DNA of 64,000 nucleotides from an uncultured Gemmatimonadaceae bacterium. GTDB taxonomy: Bacteria > Gemmatimonadota > Gemmatimonadetes > Gemmatimonadales > Gemmatimonadaceae. The notes below the pieces were generated by a model. That model ran no database searches and was not told where the DNA came from. It was given only the letters and a program-made list of their open reading frames with translations. The DNA is taken from positions 448,001-512,000 of the forward strand of contig CAWHHI010000012.1 in the NCBI GenBank assembly GCA_963829055.1, written 5' to 3'. Below, piece by piece: positions 60,386 through 64,000 of this stretch; within the stretch, counting starts at the first letter, position 1; the number at the start of each line of letters is the position of its first letter. Both the position numbers and the translations under genes were made by a program.

Positions 60386-60510
60386 TCATCGGGAATGGGG
60401 AATCGGGAATCGGGAATCGAAAACCGCACGTGGCTACACGCGCGAGACACCGCGCAGCCGCGCGGTCTGCGCTAGCCGATTCCCGATTCCCCATTCCCGA
60501 TTCCCGATGA
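60386..60510. repeat. (GGGAATC)4 ... (GATTCCC)4 long inverted heptamer repeat between lptG and mlaE
   Basis: tcatcgggaatggggaatcgggaatcgggaatcg at 60386-60419 against gattcccgattccccattcccgattcccgatga at 60478-60510. Confidence 0.9.
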
Positions 60511-60557
60511 CATTCGGCGCGCATTACGAGCACCGCCCAACCGAAGCGTTCCCCGTC

Positions 60558-61357
60558 ATGCAGCGGACGGGGATCAAGTTCTTCCGGAAGGTCACCCAGG
60601 GCGGGGCGCGGCATCTTCGCCGGCATCGGCCAGCGCGGCTACTTCATCCGCGACATCTTCCGCGCGTTCTCCGAGCCCGCCACGTGGGGCCGCGAGACGC
60701 TCGGGCAAATGCGGAACATCGGCGTCGACTCGGTGCCGCTCGTTATGATCGTGGCCGGGTTCCTCGGCGCGGTGACCGCGTTCCAGGCGTTCTATCAACT
60801 CTTCGCGGGTGTCCAGCTTTCCGTGCTCGGTCTCCTCGTGCGCGGCAGCATCGTGCTCGAGCTCGGGCCGCTGCTCACGGCACTCGTGCTCACGGGCCGC
60901 GTCGGCGCGCGCATGACCGCGGAGATCGGCACGATGCGCGTCACCGAGCAGATCGATGCGCTCGAGACGCTCGCCTACGATCCGATCGCGTACCTCGTGG
61001 TGCCGCGCTTGTTGGCGGCGCTGCTCATGCTGCCCGTCCTCACGATCATTGCGAACGCGACGGCGATCGTGCAGCGCGTGGCTGACGCTCATCATCGCCA
61101 CGACCGCGACGACGAACGACTACGTGACCGGCTTGCGTCTCAGCTTCGCGCCGTTCCAGGTCGTCTACAGCGTGATCAAGGCGGTGTGCTTCGGTGGCGC
61201 GATCGCCATCGTCTGCTCGTACGAGGGCTACGTGACGGGTGCGGGCGCCGAGGGTGTGGGGCGGTCGACGGCGAAGGCGGTCGTCATCGCGTCGACGTCG
61301 ATCCTGGTGCTCGACGCGATCGTCGCGGCGGTATTTGCCCAGTTCATCGCCGCCTAA
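60558..61357 (+). CDS. mlaE: MlaE family lipid ABC permease (frameshifted)
   Basis: IGVDSVP, ELGPLLTALVLTGRVGARMTAEIGTMRVTEQIDALE and GAEGVGRST. Confidence 0.92.
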
Positions 61358-61385
61358 CGAACGTGTCGTTTCGATACGTCGCCAG

Positions 61386-61537
61386 TGTCATTCCGAGCGC
61401 GGTCTTGTCATTCCGAGCACAGCGCTCGCGACATGGGGCGTCGCGCCCGACCCGCTAAAACCGCCCGACACGGTTTCGGCCTGACGATTCCGGAACGACA
61501 CCTGCTAGGATTCGTCAGGCAATGGTCCCGGAATGAC
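61386..61537. repeat. REP/MITE-like element GTCATTCCG...CGGAATGAC with duplicated left end, between mlaE and mlaD
   Basis: GTCATTCCGAGC at 61387 and 61407; inner stem GCCTGACGA / TCGTCAGGC; CGGAATGAC ends at 61537. Confidence 0.7.
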
Positions 61538-61557
61538 GTAGTTCCAACCAATCCACT

Positions 61558-62439
61558 ATGAAACGACGAGACGAAGTTCTCGTCGGCATCCTGCTCACGG
61601 TCGGCGTTGTCATCGGCGTGCTCGGCACGATCTGGCTCGTGCGCGGCGGCTTCTCGAGAGGCTACCCACTCTACTCCCGCTTCAAGTGGGGCGCCGGTGT
61701 GAAGCAGGGACAGCCCGTGCGGCTGGCCGGCGTGCAGGTGGGCGTGGTGTCGGACGTCGAGCTCGACCCCAAGGGCACGATTCTCGTCACGATGAGCATC
61801 GAGAAGGTGTACTCGGTGCCGCGGAATTCGGTCGCCGCGGTGGTACCGGTCGGCATCTTCGGCGATCAGGAGATCGCGCTGACGCCGGCGGAGCCGAGCC
61901 CGATCTTCCTTCAACAAGGGTGACAGCGTTCCGCCAGCACTGCCAAAGGCAGGGCTTCCCGAGCTGACGGCGCGCGCCGATACGATATCGCAGCGGCTCG
62001 ATGACGTCGCGAAAGCGGTACAGGTCGAGCTCGTCGCGGGCGGCGGCATCGCGGACCTCCGGAAGACGCTCGCATCGACCAACGACCTCGCGCGCTCCCT
62101 GAGCGTGATCGCCACCGAGCAGTCGCGACAGCTCTCGCTCACGCTGACGCGCTTTCGGAACACCGCGGCCGCGCTCGATTCGACGCAGCTCGATTCGACG
62201 CTGCGCAATCTGCAGCTGACGTCGCACAATCTCGCGGCGTTCACGGACTCGTTGCGCGGTACGGCGCAGCAGCTCAACCGGTGCTCGCGAAGGCGAACAC
62301 GGGTGATGGAACGTTAGGCAAGCTGCTGAACGATCCGGGCCTCTACCACGACCTCCGCCGCCTGACGACTCGCCTCGACTCGCTGACGCTGGACTTCAAG
62401 AAGCACCCGAGGCGGTACATCAATCTCGAGATCTTCTAG
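61558..62439 (+). CDS. mlaD: MlaD/MCE family protein (frameshifted)
   Basis: MKRRDEVLVG, GVKQGQPVRLAGVQVGVV, GTLGKLLNDPGLY and DFKKHPRRYINLEIF. Confidence 0.9.
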
Positions 62440-62507
62440 TCGCCAACCGAACGGCTTTCACTGCGGCGGACGTCGACGGACTGGTCGACCGCCGATCGAA
62501 GTCGAAC

Positions 62508-62624
62508 GGCGAACGGATACCTCGGATCGAGCTGATTGATTCCGCAGTGGCGGGACGGATGCTGGCGCAACGGGCTGTTCGGCCATTCGGAGTCAGATCC
62601 GTAGATCCGGCAGATCCGTTCGCC
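62508..62624. repeat. Intergenic inverted element built from CGGAT/ATCCG units
   Basis: GGCGAACGGAT (62508-62518) pairs with ATCCGTTCGCC (62614-62624); AGATCCG at 62595, 62603 and 62612. Confidence 0.5.
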
Positions 62625-62702
62625 CCCTTCGTCTGAGGGGCCGGCTGAAGTAGTCCTCCGGCGGTGAATTGGCAGTGCGCCGCAGTGGACCATAGCACCG
62701 AG

Positions 62703-62743
62703 ACCCCTCGCGGCGCGCTCGAATCGAGCGCGCCGCGAGGGGT
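62703..62743. terminator. Perfect 19-bp hairpin downstream of the TonB-dependent receptor
   Basis: ACCCCTCGCGGCGCGCTCG-aat-CGAGCGCGCCGCGAGGGGT. Confidence 0.8.
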
Positions 62744-62793
62744 TCCAACATCAGGCGAGTAGCGCCTAACGGTGCCCCACGTCCACCGCTCCG

Positions 62794-64000
62794 TTAGAAG
62801 CTGTACCGCATTGACACCTGCGTGCGCCAGAAGTTGCTGACCGTCGCGCCCGGGGCATACTCACCGCCAGCCGGCGGCGTGAACTGCACCACCGGAATCG
62901 CCGAGTTCGCGTTCACGTTGCCTGTGACCACGCCACCCGTGCCGACGTAGCCGACGTGCGTCACGAGCGGGACGTTGCTGTTCGTCGTCGTCGGGGTGAC
63001 GAATGCGCGACCCCACTGCTTGTTCAGCAGATTGCCGAAGTTGAAGATGTCGAGCTGAATGGAAAGCCGCTGGTCGGCGATCAAGGGCAGATTCTGGCGG
63101 ATTGCCAGGTCGACCTGACTCACGAACGGCTGACGGCAGGAGTTGCGCTGCAGGATCTCGCCGCGGTGATCCTTGAGACACTCGGAGCTGTTGATGAATG
63201 CGTCGAAGAGCGATGCCTGCTGCGCCGCCGAGCTCAGAACCGTCGTCACACCACCCGTCGTGCGCGTGATGTCCCGGAAACGGATCTCGTTCTGATCGCC
63301 GACGTTCCTCGGAATGTAGATCAGATCGTTGCCCTGTACGCCATCACCGTTCAGGTCACCGGCACCACCGCTGCCGCCGTAGATGTAATCGTGCGGCGGG
63401 CCCGACGCGCCCTGGTAGAAGACAGAGAAGTCCGTCGCGAGCTTCTTCAGCCAGTTGAGCGTGTACGTGCCGCTCGCGAGAATCTTGTGCGGCTGATCGA
63501 AGAGACTGATGCCGGTGAACGCATCTGCCTGCGGCCCGGAGAGCGTACGACCGAACTGCCAGTTCGAGATCGCCGTGCTCGACGTGAAGCTCTGGACGTC
63601 GCGAGCGCGTGAGTACGTATACGCCAGCATCCCCTCCCAGTTGTCCGAATACCGCTTCCGCAACTGGGCGGTGAGGTTGTACGCGAAATCCTTGCTCTGA
63701 TTCCGAAGATCGATCGCCGTGGTGAACCGCGCCGTACCACCATTCGCCGCGACAGCCGGCGGGAGGATCAGCGTCCGGTTTCCGTTCGCGGCGGCGACGG
63801 TCGTGATGTAGAGCGTGCGCCCGCCCTGCCCCGTGCCCTGCGGCGCGGTGACGTTCTCGCTCACCGTGAACAGCTGGTTCAGCGTGCGCGAATAGAGGCC
63901 CTCGAGCGTACCCACGAGGTTCCACGGCAGACGGCGGTCGTACGCGAGCGACACGCGCAGCGGCTGCGGGAACTTCAGATCCTTCGCCAGGAAGTTCACG
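62794..64000 (-). CDS. C-terminal part of an Oar-like TonB-dependent receptor (continues beyond the window)
   Basis: DLKFPQ, YTYSRARD, FDQPH, DLNGDGVQGNDLIYIP, LDIFNFGNLLNKQWG and terminal WRTQVSMRYSF. Confidence 0.88.
   Translation of the reverse strand, partial: VNFLAKDLKFPQPLRVSLAYDRRLPWNLVGTLEGLYSRTLNQLFTVSENVTAPQGTGQGGRTLYITTVAAANGNRTLILPPAVAANGGTARFTTAIDLRNQSKDFAYNLTAQLRKRYSDNWEGMLAYTYSRARDVQSFTSSTAISNWQFGRTLSGPQADAFTGISLFDQPHKILASGTYTLNWLKKLATDFSVFYQGASGPPHDYIYGGSGGAGDLNGDGVQGNDLIYIPRNVGDQNEIRFRDITRTTGGVTTVLSSAAQQASLFDAFINSSECLKDHRGEILQRNSCRQPFVSQVDLAIRQNLPLIADQRLSIQLDIFNFGNLLNKQWGRAFVTPTTTNSNVPLVTHVGYVGTGGVVTGNVNANSAIPVVQFTPPAGGEYAPGATVSNFWRTQVSMRYSF

Noticed and set aside
27448..61537. 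Repeat elements as CRISPR arrays
   Set aside because: There are no regularly spaced direct repeats with unique spacers and no cas genes; these are isolated inverted repeats.

Overview
High-GC (roughly 70% by eye) bacterial chromosomal segment. It is most likely Gemmatimonadota; this is inferred from ADOP permeases with an acidobacterial-type PadR, a SprA-like barrel, an Oar-type TonB receptor and Pkn-type kinases. Most genes in about 0-19 kb and 41-62 kb are broken by single-base indels that look like long-read consensus errors, so many coordinates are reconstructed across frames. The left part holds hydrolases, transporters and metabolic genes (M20 peptidases, two ADOP permeases, pgi, DoxX/CatE). 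The middle holds two paralogous membrane Ser/Thr kinases with an LprI-like C-terminus, a creatininase/PanE-like/SDR/dipeptidase operon, and an ECF sigma / ZAS anti-sigma / TPR-CHAT protease / secreted lipoprotein module with a repeated candidate promoter. The right part is an envelope cluster: pilC, pilT, pilB, comEA, a hybrid kinase, an M28 peptidase, sprA, lptF, lptG, mlaE, mlaD and a TonB-dependent receptor. The most striking unexplained signal is the non-palindromic motif (G)CCTAACG / CGTTAGG(C). It occurs about once per kb on both strands, sits inside genes through rare codons and is concentrated at gene ends, so it may be a DNA-uptake or HIP1-like genome signature. Several families of intergenic inverted repeats are also present. 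I saw no rRNA, tRNA, CRISPR array, transposase or integrase.
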